A stretch of 64,000 nucleotides of DNA, taken from NCBI GenBank assembly GCA_963785815.1, contig CAWAWN010000003.1:564811-628810 (forward strand), written 5' to 3'. The notes below the pieces were generated by a model that was given only the letters and a program-made list of their open reading frames with translations, ran no database searches and was not told the origin of the DNA. The position numbers and the translations under genes were made by a program. The number at the start of each line of letters is the position of its first letter. Within the stretch, counting starts at the first letter, position 1. Shown piece after piece: positions 11,957 to 21,254 of the stretch. Origin of the DNA: an uncultured Microthrixaceae bacterium. GTDB taxonomy: Bacteria; Actinomycetota; Acidimicrobiia; Acidimicrobiales; Acidimicrobilacustridaceae.

Positions 11957-13201
11957 TCAGGTGATCGAGCCGGCCCCGCCCGACGCCTTGGACGGGTCGA
12001 AGATGCCCAACCCGTCGGGCGCCGGCAGGTCCTGGTTGAGCGTGTTCGGCGCCTGCGGCTGCCCCTTGGTCACGGCGATGCGACGCAGCGATCCCACCCG
12101 GTCGCCGGCGGCCACCGACCCGTTGGCGGCGCGCTCGAGGCCGGGGTCGGCGTAGAACACGGCGCCGTCGGCGTTGACGGCGACGCCCAACGGCGTGCCC
12201 GTGGCGAACGGCGTGGCGCCGAGCGGACCGGCCGGGGACGGGGTCAGGAGGGTGGTGGCGAAGGTGCCGTCGAGGTCGAACTGGTCGATGACGCCGTCCA
12301 GGGCGCTGGTCACCACCAGGCTCTTGCTGTCGGGGGTCAGGGCCACGGCGGACGGCGCGCCCAACCCGTTGGCGCCGGCGGGGATGACCTTGGTGGCCGT
12401 GATGCCGGTAGGGGGCGTGGCACAGGCGGCCGCCTTGGTCGGGAAGGCGCCCGAGTAGCGCCACACGCCGGCGGTGGGGGCAGCCGCCGAGGCCAGGTCG
12501 ATGGACCCGTCCGACTCGGCGGCCAGGCCCTGGGGCACGGCCAGGCCGGTGGCCACCACGCAGTGCGCTGGGGTGGGGGAGGTGTAGGGCGGGAACCATT
12601 CGATGAGCTGGCCATCGGCCGCGCCCGCCTGGCTGTTGGTGGGTGAGACGGAGCCCACGTCGGTGGTGAACAGCAGCCCCGACTTGGAGAAGGCGCAGCC
12701 ATAGGTCAGCGTGGCCGAGGCGGACGACGCACCCGGGCTGGTGAACCCGTTGACCCGCTGCACCCGGAAGGTGCCCACGCCGTCACCGCTGAGCTGGTAG
12801 AGGCCGAAGCCGGCGGACGCCGGCGAGCCGGCCGCGGCCGGTCGGGTCTCGGCCACGACGAACCGCCGGGTGCCGTCGGGCAGGAAGCAGATCTGGCCGT
12901 GGGCCACGGCCCCGTTGGGGGCGGTGCCGACCGCCACCACCCGCTGGCGGTCGTACGGGGCCTGGGTGTCGTAGGCGTCGATGTTGCCGCCCACGGAGGC
13001 GAAGACGACCGCGTCGGTGCCCGGCTGGGTGGTGCTGGTGGACGGTGGGGTGGTGGTCGTCGGGGCGGCGGTGGTGGACGTGGTGGTCTGCGTCGACCCG
13101 CCTGAGCACCCCGCCACCACGGACAACAGGGCCAGCGCCAGGGCCGCCACCACGACCAGGCGCGTGCGTGGATGAGCGCGGGGTGGCCGGCCGATGGGCA
13201 T
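11957..13201 (-). CDS. secreted lipoprotein, beta-propeller-like
   Basis: Frame of ORF 11957-13261; ATG at 13201. Signal peptide with lipobox VVAGC, Thr/Pro-rich linker, then repetitive beta-strand-rich sequence. Confidence 0.6.
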   Translation of the reverse strand: MPIGRPPRAHPRTRLVVVAALALALLSVVAGCSGGSTQTTTSTTAAPTTTTPPSTSTTQPGTDAVVFASVGGNIDAYDTQAPYDRQRVVAVGTAPNGAVAHGQICFLPDGTRRFVVAETRPAAAGSPASAGFGLYQLSGDGVGTFRVQRVNGFTSPGASSASATLTYGCAFSKSGLLFTTDVGSVSPTNSQAGAADGQLIEWFPPYTSPTPAHCVVATGLAVPQGLAAESDGSIDLASAAAPTAGVWRYSGAFPTKAAACATPPTGITATKVIPAGANGLGAPSAVALTPDSKSLVVTSALDGVIDQFDLDGTFATTLLTPSPAGPLGATPFATGTPLGVAVNADGAVFYADPGLERAANGSVAAGDRVGSLRRIAVTKGQPQAPNTLNQDLPAPDGLGIFDPSKASGGAGSIT

Positions 13202-13290
13202 CGTCGGCCAGCGTAGGGACTGGGCCGAAAGTTGTGGTAAACGCCGGCCCCGAGCGGGCACGGGCCGAGCCGCGGGTCCATACTCGGGTC

Positions 13291-13989
13291 ATGGCGTCGT
13301 TCGGCCAGGTCATCGCCGAAGGGCGAGACACCGAGATCCTCGACCACGGTCCGGGCCTCGTGCTGCGCCGTCCCCGCGTGCCGCGCTCGCTGGCCGGTGA
13401 GGCCCAGGTCATGGAGTGGGTGCGAGCGCAGGGGTACCCGTGCCCGGCGGTGGTCGAGGTGGTCGACGACGGGATGATCATGGAGCGCATCGAGGGCCGC
13501 TCGATGCTCGACGAGCTGATGGCCCACCCGTGGCGACTGCGATCCCAGGCCACCCTGCTGGCCGACCTCCACGGGTGGTTGCACCGCCTGGTCGTGCCGG
13601 TCGAGCTGCGCGGGTTGCTCCCTCAGCCGTACGGGCCGGGCCCGACCCCGCTGCACCTCGACCTGCACCCGGGCAACGTCATGCTCGGGCCCCAGGGGCC
13701 GGTGGTGATCGACTGGAGCAACGCCGCGGTCGGTCCCGGCGCCGTGGACGTGGCTGAGGCGTGGCTGCTCATGGCTGCCGCCGGCCTGCCCGGATCGGCC
13801 ATCGACCGGGTCACCACCGCGGTGTTCCGACCCCTGCTGGTGCGGGCCTTCCTGCACGACACCGACCGGGCCGCCGCCGCCCAGTGGCTGCCGGCGGTGC
13901 TGGCCCGGCGTCGTCACGACCCCAACCTCAGCGAGCAGGAGCTCTCGGGCATGGCCCGGGTGGTCGATCGGGCGGTGGCCGCGGGCTGA
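13291..13989 (+). CDS. phosphotransferase (APH/choline-kinase-like kinase fold)
   Basis: ATG 13291 (MASFGQV...). Catalytic-loop motif LHLDLHPGNVML and IDWSNA. Confidence 0.75.
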   Translation: MASFGQVIAEGRDTEILDHGPGLVLRRPRVPRSLAGEAQVMEWVRAQGYPCPAVVEVVDDGMIMERIEGRSMLDELMAHPWRLRSQATLLADLHGWLHRLVVPVELRGLLPQPYGPGPTPLHLDLHPGNVMLGPQGPVVIDWSNAAVGPGAVDVAEAWLLMAAAGLPGSAIDRVTTAVFRPLLVRAFLHDTDRAAAAQWLPAVLARRRHDPNLSEQELSGMARVVDRAVAAG

Positions 13990-14003
13990 GCCACGGCGGC
14001 CCC

Positions 14004-14612
14004 TCAGCGGTCGCGCAGGGCGCCGACGCCCTCGGTGAGGCCGTAGAAGACGATGACGTAGGCGGCGACGGGGTCGGCCCACCACCAGCCGGCCAGGGCG
14101 TCGAGGACCAGGCCGGTGAGCACGGCGGTGGCCAGGAGGGCATCGACCAGGGTGACCTTGCCCTCGGTGCGCAGGACGGGGTTGTCGAGTGCCCGGCCCG
14201 TGCGAGCCTTGCCGGCGGCGAGCGCGAACATGACCACCGCGGTGAGGGCGGTCCAGGTGATGCCGAGCGGCGAGCTGTGGGCGTGGTGGCGGGTGACCAG
14301 GACCCAGGTGCTCTGGACCCCCAGGTAGACGGCCAGGGCGACGAAGGAGCCGCCGATCAGCTGGAGCGCGCGCCGTTGGCGGCCTTCATCGGTGCCGGCG
14401 AGCTCCCAGATGACGACCGTGGAGGCGCCGATCTCGATGAGCGAGTCGAGGCCGAACCCGCCCAGCGCCACCGAGCGGGCGCGGATGGCGGCCACGGCCA
14501 GCACGACGACGCCGACCACGTTCCAGCTCAGCGTGATGCCCTCCAGGACGAAGCCGCGTCGCCGCAGCTTCGCGGTCGCGGCCGCGGCCGGCGCCGGTGA
14601 GGAGAGGTCCAC
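14004..14612 (-). CDS. putative cation-efflux (CDF-like) membrane protein
   Basis: Frame of ORF 14004-14711. Hydrophobic helices with GLDSLIEIGAS and HHAHS motifs. Start placed at GTG 14612 because the region upstream is intergenic repeat DNA; start is uncertain. Confidence 0.55.
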   Translation of the reverse strand: MDLSSPAPAAAATAKLRRRGFVLEGITLSWNVVGVVVLAVAAIRARSVALGGFGLDSLIEIGASTVVIWELAGTDEGRQRRALQLIGGSFVALAVYLGVQSTWVLVTRHHAHSSPLGITWTALTAVVMFALAAGKARTGRALDNPVLRTEGKVTLVDALLATAVLTGLVLDALAGWWWADPVAAYVIVFYGLTEGVGALRDR

Positions 14613-14632
14613 CGTCCCATCGTCGCCGGTGC

Positions 14633-14790
14633 CCGACCGCAGTGCCAGGAAGGCGGAGGCCGCCAGGCCGGAGCCGCTGGACCGATGAGAGCCGGATGGG
14701 CGAAGCCGCACGCAGGGAGGCTCGCCGACCGCAGTGCCAGGAAGGCGGAGGCCGCCAGGCCGGAGCCGCCGGAGGGCCAGGAAGGCGGCA
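14633..14790. repeat. interspersed intergenic repeat, locus 1 (about 1.6 tandem units, period 92 nt)
   Basis: Exact 45-nt block at 14633-14677 and 14725-14769, with a partial third copy at 14776-14788. The reverse complement aligns with 50082-50180 and 54998-55032. Confidence 0.85.
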
Positions 14791-14800
14791 CACTGAACCG

Positions 14801-16111
14801 ATGCCCAAGGTCCTGGTCGACGTGACGCCGCTGCGCCGGTCCCGCCAGTTCCGTCTCCTCTACCTCGGCCAGATCATCTCGTACCTGGGCAGCCAGATGA
14901 CGGTGGTGGCGGCGCCGTACCAGATCTACGTGCTGACCCACTCGTCGCTGATGGTCGGCCTGCTGGGGCTGGCGGCGGTGGGCCCGTTGATCGCCGGGTC
15001 GCTGGTGGGCGGTGCCCTGGCCGACGCCCACGACCGGCGCAGGTTGCTGCTGGTGGCCCAGGTGCTGTTGGGATCGGCCAGCGTCGGCCTGGCCCTCAAC
15101 GCCATGCTCCCGCATCCCAAGGTGTGGCTCATCTACGTCCTGGTGGTGGCGCAGCAGGCCTTCGCCGGGCTGGACTCGCCCACCCGCAGCGCGGCCACGC
15201 CCAAGCTGGTGGGCGCCCAGTACCTGCCGGCCGCCGCCGCCCTCAACCAGCTGCTCTACCAGCTCGGCGTGGTGGTGGGCCCGGCGCTGGGCGGCCTGCT
15301 CATCGCCAAGGTCAGCCTGGCCTCGGCCTACTGGGTCGACGCCGTCAGCTTCGGGGTGGCCATCGCCTTCCTGCTGGCCATGAGGCCGATGCGTCCCGAC
15401 GGCGGCGGCACCCGGGCCAGCGCCGCGTCGGTCATGGAGGGGTTGCGGTTCCTCAAGGGTCGCCAGGCGTTGCAGGGCACGTTCGTGATCGACATCAACG
15501 CCATGGTGTTCGGCATGCCCCGGGCGCTGTTCCCGGCCATCGGCACCGCGCTCGGAGGTCCCGCCGTGGTCGGGCTGCTCTACGCCGCCCCCGGTGTCGG
15601 GGCCCTGGTGGGGGCGGCCACGTCCGGCTGGGTGGGACGAGTCGACCGCCAGGGCCGCGCCACCGTCATCGCCGTCATCGCCTGGGGTGGGGCCATCGCC
15701 GCCTTCGGCTTCAGCCACTGGTTGCCGCTGGCGCTGGCCATGTTGGCCCTGGCCGGGGCGGCGGATGTCATCTCCGCGGTGTTCCGCAACACCATCCTCC
15801 AGCTCAGCGTGCCCGACCGGTTGCGGGGTCGGCTCTCGTCGGTGCACATCGCCGTGGTCACCGGCGGGCCGCGGTTGGGTGACTTCGAGTCCGGGGTGGT
15901 GGCGGCGCTGACCACCCCGGAGTTCGCGGTGGTCTCCGGGGGCGTGGCTTGCATCGTGGGGGCCGTCGTGATCGCCCGGCTCATGCCCCAGCTCACCGGG
16001 TGGCGCCTGACCGAGCACGGCGACGGCGAGGGGCTCGAACCGATCGAGATCGAGTACGGCGGTCCCATGGACTACGAGGCCGAGATCGTCTCCGATCCCG
16101 ACGACGCCTGA
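14801..16111 (+). CDS. MFS transporter (EntS/MFS_3-like)
   Basis: ATG 14801 (MPKVLVDVTPLRRSRQFRLLYLGQ...). About 12 TM segments and an acidic C-terminal tail. Confidence 0.85.
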   Translation: MPKVLVDVTPLRRSRQFRLLYLGQIISYLGSQMTVVAAPYQIYVLTHSSLMVGLLGLAAVGPLIAGSLVGGALADAHDRRRLLLVAQVLLGSASVGLALNAMLPHPKVWLIYVLVVAQQAFAGLDSPTRSAATPKLVGAQYLPAAAALNQLLYQLGVVVGPALGGLLIAKVSLASAYWVDAVSFGVAIAFLLAMRPMRPDGGGTRASAASVMEGLRFLKGRQALQGTFVIDINAMVFGMPRALFPAIGTALGGPAVVGLLYAAPGVGALVGAATSGWVGRVDRQGRATVIAVIAWGGAIAAFGFSHWLPLALAMLALAGAADVISAVFRNTILQLSVPDRLRGRLSSVHIAVVTGGPRLGDFESGVVAALTTPEFAVVSGGVACIVGAVVIARLMPQLTGWRLTEHGDGEGLEPIEIEYGGPMDYEAEIVSDPDDA

Positions 16112-16130
16112 TCCCCACCGCCGCCCGCGC

Positions 16131-16177
16131 AACCTGTCAGGCCTGCGGACCGAGGGAGCTCGCTGAGCTGACAGGTT
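16131..16177. repeat. 47-bp dyad-symmetric element, copy A
   Basis: AACCTGTCAG-N27-CTGACAGGTT. Same geometry at 24933-24979 and 39924-39970. Confidence 0.85.
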
Positions 16178-16228
16178 CGGTGGTGGCACCCGTAGGCTTG
16201 GACGGGTCGACCGTGCTGGAGGAGGTAC

Positions 16229-17119
16229 ATGCCGCCGGACCTCGCTGATGACCTGGCCCGCACGGCGCGCCTGGCCGATGGCCGGGTGCTCGGGTATGCC
16301 AACCTGGGCCGCTCCGACGGGGTGCCGCTCATCTGGTTCCACGGCACACCGAGCTCGCGCCTGGAGGCCATCTGGCTGGATCGGGCGGCCGAGGTGGCCG
16401 GCTGGTGGCTGGTGGCCTTCGACCGGCCCGGCCACGGCCTGTCCAGCCCGCACCCGGGCGCGGCGCTGTCGGACATCGCGGCGGACGTGGCCGCCCTGGC
16501 CGACCACCTCGAGCTCGACGAGTTCGGTGTCGTGGGCTACAGCGGTGGCGCGGCGGCCGCCCTGGCCACCGCCGCCGTGCTCGGGTCTCGGGTGGGCATC
16601 GTCGGGCTGGTGAGCCCCTGGGGACCACCGGACCGGCCCGGCGCCTACGACGACGTGGCCTGGTCCGAGCGGTTGTCGGACCGGGTGGCGGGGCGCTACC
16701 CGATCGTCACGCAGGGCCTGTTCGCGGGCCTGGCGTTGGTGCTCAGGCTGGCGCCGGGGGCCATGGCCCGGGTGTTGGCTCGACGCCTGGAGGGAGCCGG
16801 ATGGACCGACGATCGCGCCGGTTCGCTGGCCCCCGAGACGCTGGGACCCATCCGCGAGAGCCTGCGCCAGGGGGGTGCGGGCCCGGCCCAGGACCTGCAC
16901 CAGATCGTGGTGCCGTGGGGGTTCGACCTGGCGTCGGTGCGCTGTCCCGTGCGCGTCTGGCACGGCGACCAGGATCCAGAGATCCCGCTGCACCACGGTC
17001 GCTACCTGGCCGGCGCGGTGCCCGACGGCCGTCTCGAGGTCGTGGCCGGCGGTGACCACCTGGCCCTGTTCGCCCACGGCGACGAGATCCTGACCGACCT
17101 GGCCGCCGCCTGGGGCTGA
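16229..17119 (+). CDS. alpha/beta-hydrolase
   Basis: 296-aa ORF preceded by GGAGGAGG. HGTPSS motif, nucleophile elbow GYSGGA, C-terminal GGDH. Confidence 0.8.
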   Translation: MPPDLADDLARTARLADGRVLGYANLGRSDGVPLIWFHGTPSSRLEAIWLDRAAEVAGWWLVAFDRPGHGLSSPHPGAALSDIAADVAALADHLELDEFGVVGYSGGAAAALATAAVLGSRVGIVGLVSPWGPPDRPGAYDDVAWSERLSDRVAGRYPIVTQGLFAGLALVLRLAPGAMARVLARRLEGAGWTDDRAGSLAPETLGPIRESLRQGGAGPAQDLHQIVVPWGFDLASVRCPVRVWHGDQDPEIPLHHGRYLAGAVPDGRLEVVAGGDHLALFAHGDEILTDLAAAWG

Positions 17120-17137
17120 TCCGGCTGATCAGTCCGA

Positions 17138-18640
17138 TCAGCCCAGGGCGACGATCTCGTCGAAGCCCTGGCGCATGCAGTGCATGAACAGGTCGGGGTG
17201 GTCGACGGCCCGGGGGTCGGTGTTCACCCCGACGTCGAGGTCGTCGACGTAGCTGAGCACGGTGATGTTGGCGGCCGCGCCGGTCATCGGGCCGAAGGCG
17301 ATCTGGCGCTCGAGGCGGGCGCCGATCAGGTAGACGGGCACGGGCGGCCCGGGCACGTTGCTGGTCACGAAGTCGATGCCCTTGAGCATCGAGCCGAACA
17401 GGCCGGTGCTGGCCGTGGCCGGCAGCCGGTTGATGATCCCGGCCAGCGCGTCGGACAGGCCCAGCCCGGGCTCGCGCCGCTGGGCGGCCATGAGCTCGCG
17501 CCCGGCGTTCATGCGCGCCAGCGGGTCGAGGATCCCGACGGGCACCGCGAAGCGCGCCGGGGCGAACTGGTTCCCGGCCACGATGGCGGTGTCGGCCCGG
17601 CGGATGTTGATGGGCATGGTCATGCGCAGCCGCTCGACGGGCGCGCCCAGCTCGCGGTGGTAGCGCCCGAGGCCCCCGGTGACCCCAGCCACGAAGGCGT
17701 CGTTCAGTTTGCCGCCCACCAGTTTGGAGGCCCGCTTCAAGGGCGCGATCGGCACCCGCAGGGCATCGAAGTGCACGCTCAGCGACCGACCGGTCATGAC
17801 CGGGCTGAGCGGCGCCGTGGCGGGCCTGACCATCCGGACCACCGAGCCGGCCGTGGCCAGCGCCTGGGTGCCGATCCCCAACGGGTCGGAGGTGATCCGG
17901 CCCGCCTGGGCCGCGGCCGAGCCGGCCAGATGCCCGACGGCGCTGGCGCTGTGGCGGCCCTGGTAGGCCAGGGCGTCGACCACGCGGGCCGGCTCGCTGC
18001 GGGGGCGGGCCACGGGGGCATCGGGCAGCTCGTCGGCGGGGACGTCGGGCTCGAGGTCGAGCAGCTCCATCAGCAGCTTGACGCCGCCGACCCCGTCGGT
18101 GATCGAGTGGTGGATCTTGGTGATCAGGGCGCTGCGGCCGCCCTCCAGGCCGTCCACCACCACGAACTCCCACAGCGGCCGGGCCCGGTCGAACCCCTGC
18201 ATGGCCGTCGGCTCGGCGATGTCGAACACGTGGCGCAGGTTCCCGGGCGCGTCACGGTCGCCGATGCGGGTGAAGCGCAGGTGGTAGTCGAGGTCGAAGT
18301 TGGGGTCGACGTCCCAGCGGGGCGGCGCCAGCGAGAACGTGTGGCCCTGGACGCGCTGGCGCAGCCGGGGGACCACCCGGCTGACCCGGTCGAGCCGCAG
18401 GCGCAGCCGGGCGTGGTCGAGCGGGGCGTCGAACACCATCACCGTGGTGATGGTGCTGCGCAGCAGCGGGTCCTTCTCGATGGTCCACATGAGGGCGTCG
18501 GCCGCGCTCATGCGGCTCTCGAACTCGACCTCGTCCACGTAGCCGTGACCCCTGCGGTCGGGCCCGGGATCGGGATCACCGTCGACCTCGTCGTGGGGTA
18601 CGTCGTCCATCACGTCGACCATCGCGTCGAGGGTACCCAT
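17138..18640 (-). CDS. wax ester synthase / diacylglycerol acyltransferase (WS/DGAT)
   Basis: C-terminal 500 codons of ORF 17138-19702. Active-site HHSITDGVGG (HHxxxDG). In-frame start candidates at 18640, 18622 and 18610. Confidence 0.9.
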   Translation of the reverse strand: MGTLDAMVDVMDDVPHDEVDGDPDPGPDRRGHGYVDEVEFESRMSAADALMWTIEKDPLLRSTITTVMVFDAPLDHARLRLRLDRVSRVVPRLRQRVQGHTFSLAPPRWDVDPNFDLDYHLRFTRIGDRDAPGNLRHVFDIAEPTAMQGFDRARPLWEFVVVDGLEGGRSALITKIHHSITDGVGGVKLLMELLDLEPDVPADELPDAPVARPRSEPARVVDALAYQGRHSASAVGHLAGSAAAQAGRITSDPLGIGTQALATAGSVVRMVRPATAPLSPVMTGRSLSVHFDALRVPIAPLKRASKLVGGKLNDAFVAGVTGGLGRYHRELGAPVERLRMTMPINIRRADTAIVAGNQFAPARFAVPVGILDPLARMNAGRELMAAQRREPGLGLSDALAGIINRLPATASTGLFGSMLKGIDFVTSNVPGPPVPVYLIGARLERQIAFGPMTGAAANITVLSYVDDLDVGVNTDPRAVDHPDLFMHCMRQGFDEIVALG

Positions 18641-18754
18641 CCTGGTCCGGTCGGGGCTGGCCCATCGAGTGGACGACCACCCCGGTGGAGGTGACAAGAT
18701 CGACCCGTTCGTTCGGGTTCGATCCGCGCGGGTCGACGAGTGTGGGGGTAGCAG

Positions 18755-19661
18755 ATGGTCGGACTGTGCGAGGGACGCGTGTGCATCGTCACCGGCGCCG
18801 GTCGGGGGATCGGTCGCGAGCACTCGCTCATGCTGGCCGGACAGGGCGCCAAGGTGGTGGTCAACGACCTGGGCGGCACCATGGACGGCGAGGGCCACGC
18901 GGAGGGCCCGGCCCACGACGTGGTGGCCGAGATCGAGGCCATGGGCGGCCAGGCCGTGGCCAACACCGACGACATCTCCAACTGGGACGGGGCCGAGAAG
19001 CTGGTGGCGCAGGCCATCGACGCCTTCGGGCGCCTCGACGTGCTGGTCAACAACGCCGGCATCCTGCGCGACCGCATGCTGACCAACATGACCGAGGCCG
19101 AGTGGGACGCGGTCATCAAGGTGCACCTCAAGGGCACCGCCGGGCCGTCGCACTTCGCCGCGGCCCACTGGCGGGAGCGGTCCAAGGCCGGCGACGCGGT
19201 CGACGGGCGCATCATCAACACCAGCTCGCCGTCGGGCATCTACGGCAACGTGGGCCAGACCAACTACGGCGCGGCCAAGGCCGGCATCGCCGCCTTCACC
19301 ATCATCGCCTCCATGGAGCTGGCCCGCTACGGCGTCACCGTCAACGCCATCGCCCCGGCGGCCATCACCCGCATGACCGAGAACCTGGGCATGGGCCAGG
19401 CCTCCGACGAGGTCCGCGAGCAGATGGGTCCGCAGTGGATCGCCCCCATCATCACCTGGCTGGCCAGCCCCGAATCCGCCGGCGTGACCGGACAGCGTCT
19501 TCGACGTGAGCGGCCAGGCCCTGTCGGTGAGCGAGGGCTGGCACCGCGGCCCCACGGTCACCCCGACGCTCGATCCCACCCTGATGGGCCCGTTGGTCGA
19601 ACAGCTCATGGCCGAGGCCCGACCCAACGCCGACATGTCCGGCCGAGACCAGAAGAACTGA
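18755..19661 (+). pseudogene. SDR-family oxidoreductase interrupted by a +1 frameshift near 19496 (true pseudogene or assembly indel)
   Basis: TGAGRGIG and NNAG motifs. After ...VTGQ the annotated frame turns into Arg/Pro-rich nonsense. The +1 frame reads VFDVSGQALSVSEGWHRGPTV...GRDQKN and stops at 19659-19661, 9 nt before the MaoC ATG. Length 907 nt = 3n+1. Confidence 0.8.
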
Positions 19662-19670
19662 GGAGCGAAC

Positions 19671-20525
19671 ATGCCCATCAACCCTGACGCCGTCGGCTCC
19701 AAGGGCGAGCCCGGTGAGCGCTCGTGGAGCTCGAAGGACGCCCTGCTCTACGCCCTGGGGGTGGGCTGCGGCGCCGAGGACCCCTTCGCCGAGTTGGAGT
19801 TCACCACCGAGAACACGGCCGACACACCCCAACAGGTGCTGCCCACCATGGCCGTAGTCCTCGACGGCCCCGGCCACGCCGCACTGGCCAACATCGGCTC
19901 GTTCAACCCGGCCATGCTCGTGCACGGCGAGCAGGCCATCGAGCTTTTCAGCCCCATCCCGGTGTCCGGCACCGTGTCGGCGGTGGGCGAGGTCGTCGGC
20001 GTCTACGACAAGGGCAAGGGGGCGGTGGTCGCGCTCGAGACCATCTCCACCGACGTGGCCACCGGCCAACCGCTGTTCAAGACCAGGTCGTCCATGTTCA
20101 TCCGCGGCGAAGGGGGATGGGGTGGCGACCGCGGCCCGTCGGGTCCCCAGAACGTGGCTCCCGAGCGCGACCCCGATCACGTGGTCACCTATCCGACCCG
20201 CACCGACCAGGCCCTCATCTACCGGCTGTCGGGCGACCGCAACCCGTTGCACTCCGACCCGTCGTTCGCGGCCATGGGCGGCTTCGACAAGCCCATCCTC
20301 CACGGCCTGTGCACCTACGGCTTCACCGGTCGGGCCCTGCTGCACTCGCTGTGCGGCGGCGATCCCGCCCGCTTCAAGTCGATGGCCGGGCGCTTCTCGT
20401 CGCCGGTCATGCCCGGCGAAGCCCTCACGGTGAAGATGTGGGTGGACGGCAACCAGGCCGTCTTCCAGACCGCGGGTGGCGACGGGCGCACCGTGCTCGA
20501 CGCCGGTCTGGTCACCTTCGCCTGA
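19671..20525 (+). CDS. MaoC-like (R)-specific enoyl-CoA hydratase (double hot-dog)
   Basis: 284-aa ORF with GGAG upstream. MaoC signature YRLSGDRNPLHSDP in the C-terminal half. Confidence 0.9.
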   Translation: MPINPDAVGSKGEPGERSWSSKDALLYALGVGCGAEDPFAELEFTTENTADTPQQVLPTMAVVLDGPGHAALANIGSFNPAMLVHGEQAIELFSPIPVSGTVSAVGEVVGVYDKGKGAVVALETISTDVATGQPLFKTRSSMFIRGEGGWGGDRGPSGPQNVAPERDPDHVVTYPTRTDQALIYRLSGDRNPLHSDPSFAAMGGFDKPILHGLCTYGFTGRALLHSLCGGDPARFKSMAGRFSSPVMPGEALTVKMWVDGNQAVFQTAGGDGRTVLDAGLVTFA

Positions 20526-20554
20526 CGACTGGCAACCGACGAACGGGGTTGAAC

Positions 20555-21097
20555 ATGGATGTGCGACGAGTGGTGACCGGGCACGACGCGGCCGGCAAAG
20601 CGGTCTTCGTCGGAGACGAGCAGGTCGCGCCGGTGACGCTGGGTCTGCTGCCCGGCACCGAGTTCCACCAGTTGTGGGGCGGTGACCAGACGGCGTCGTT
20701 CCCCGACGCCGGCGAGCAGCCCTCGGCCGCGGGCTACTTCCCGCCGGCGGACGGGTTCCGGTTCGGGTTCTTCACCATCCCGCCCGACGCCGAGGGCGGG
20801 ATGCCCCCCGACCTCGACATCGCAGCCGCGCTGGCCGAGTTCGACCAGAAGCTCCCGGGGATGTCCGCCTACCTCGAGCCGGACGAGCCGGGCATGCACA
20901 CCACTGCCACCATCGACTACGGCGTCGTGCTCTCCGGCCACGCCACCCTCGAGCTGGACGACGGCGCCACCGTGGTGCTCGACCCGGGCGACACCTACAT
21001 CCAGAACGGCACCCGGCACCGCTGGTCGAACCAGGGGGACGAACCGTCGGTGCTCGCCATCGCCCTCATCGGTGCGAACCACACCGAGGTCCCCTGA
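20555..21097 (+). CDS. cupin domain protein
   Basis: ATG 20555 (MDVRRVVTGHD...). C-terminal cupin motif LDPGDTYIQNGTRHRWSN. Confidence 0.75.
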   Translation: MDVRRVVTGHDAAGKAVFVGDEQVAPVTLGLLPGTEFHQLWGGDQTASFPDAGEQPSAAGYFPPADGFRFGFFTIPPDAEGGMPPDLDIAAALAEFDQKLPGMSAYLEPDEPGMHTTATIDYGVVLSGHATLELDDGATVVLDPGDTYIQNGTRHRWSNQGDEPSVLAIALIGANHTEVP

Positions 21098-21254
21098 CCG
21101 CCGTCGGCTGCCCACGGTCGGGATGCCCCGGGCGAAGGGCCCCAGATCGTAGGCTCGGGCGGTGAGCATCCTGACCGCCTTCGCCTCATCCATCGCCACC
21201 ACGGCCAAGAACCTGCTGGCCCTCCTCCGACGGCGCTGAGCGCCTAGTGCCGCA

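Noticed and set aside
18641-19702. N-terminal 354 codons of the 854-aa ORF 17138-19702(-).
   Set aside because: This part is antisense to the SDR gene and has shadow-ORF composition. The WS/DGAT homology begins only after Met 18640.
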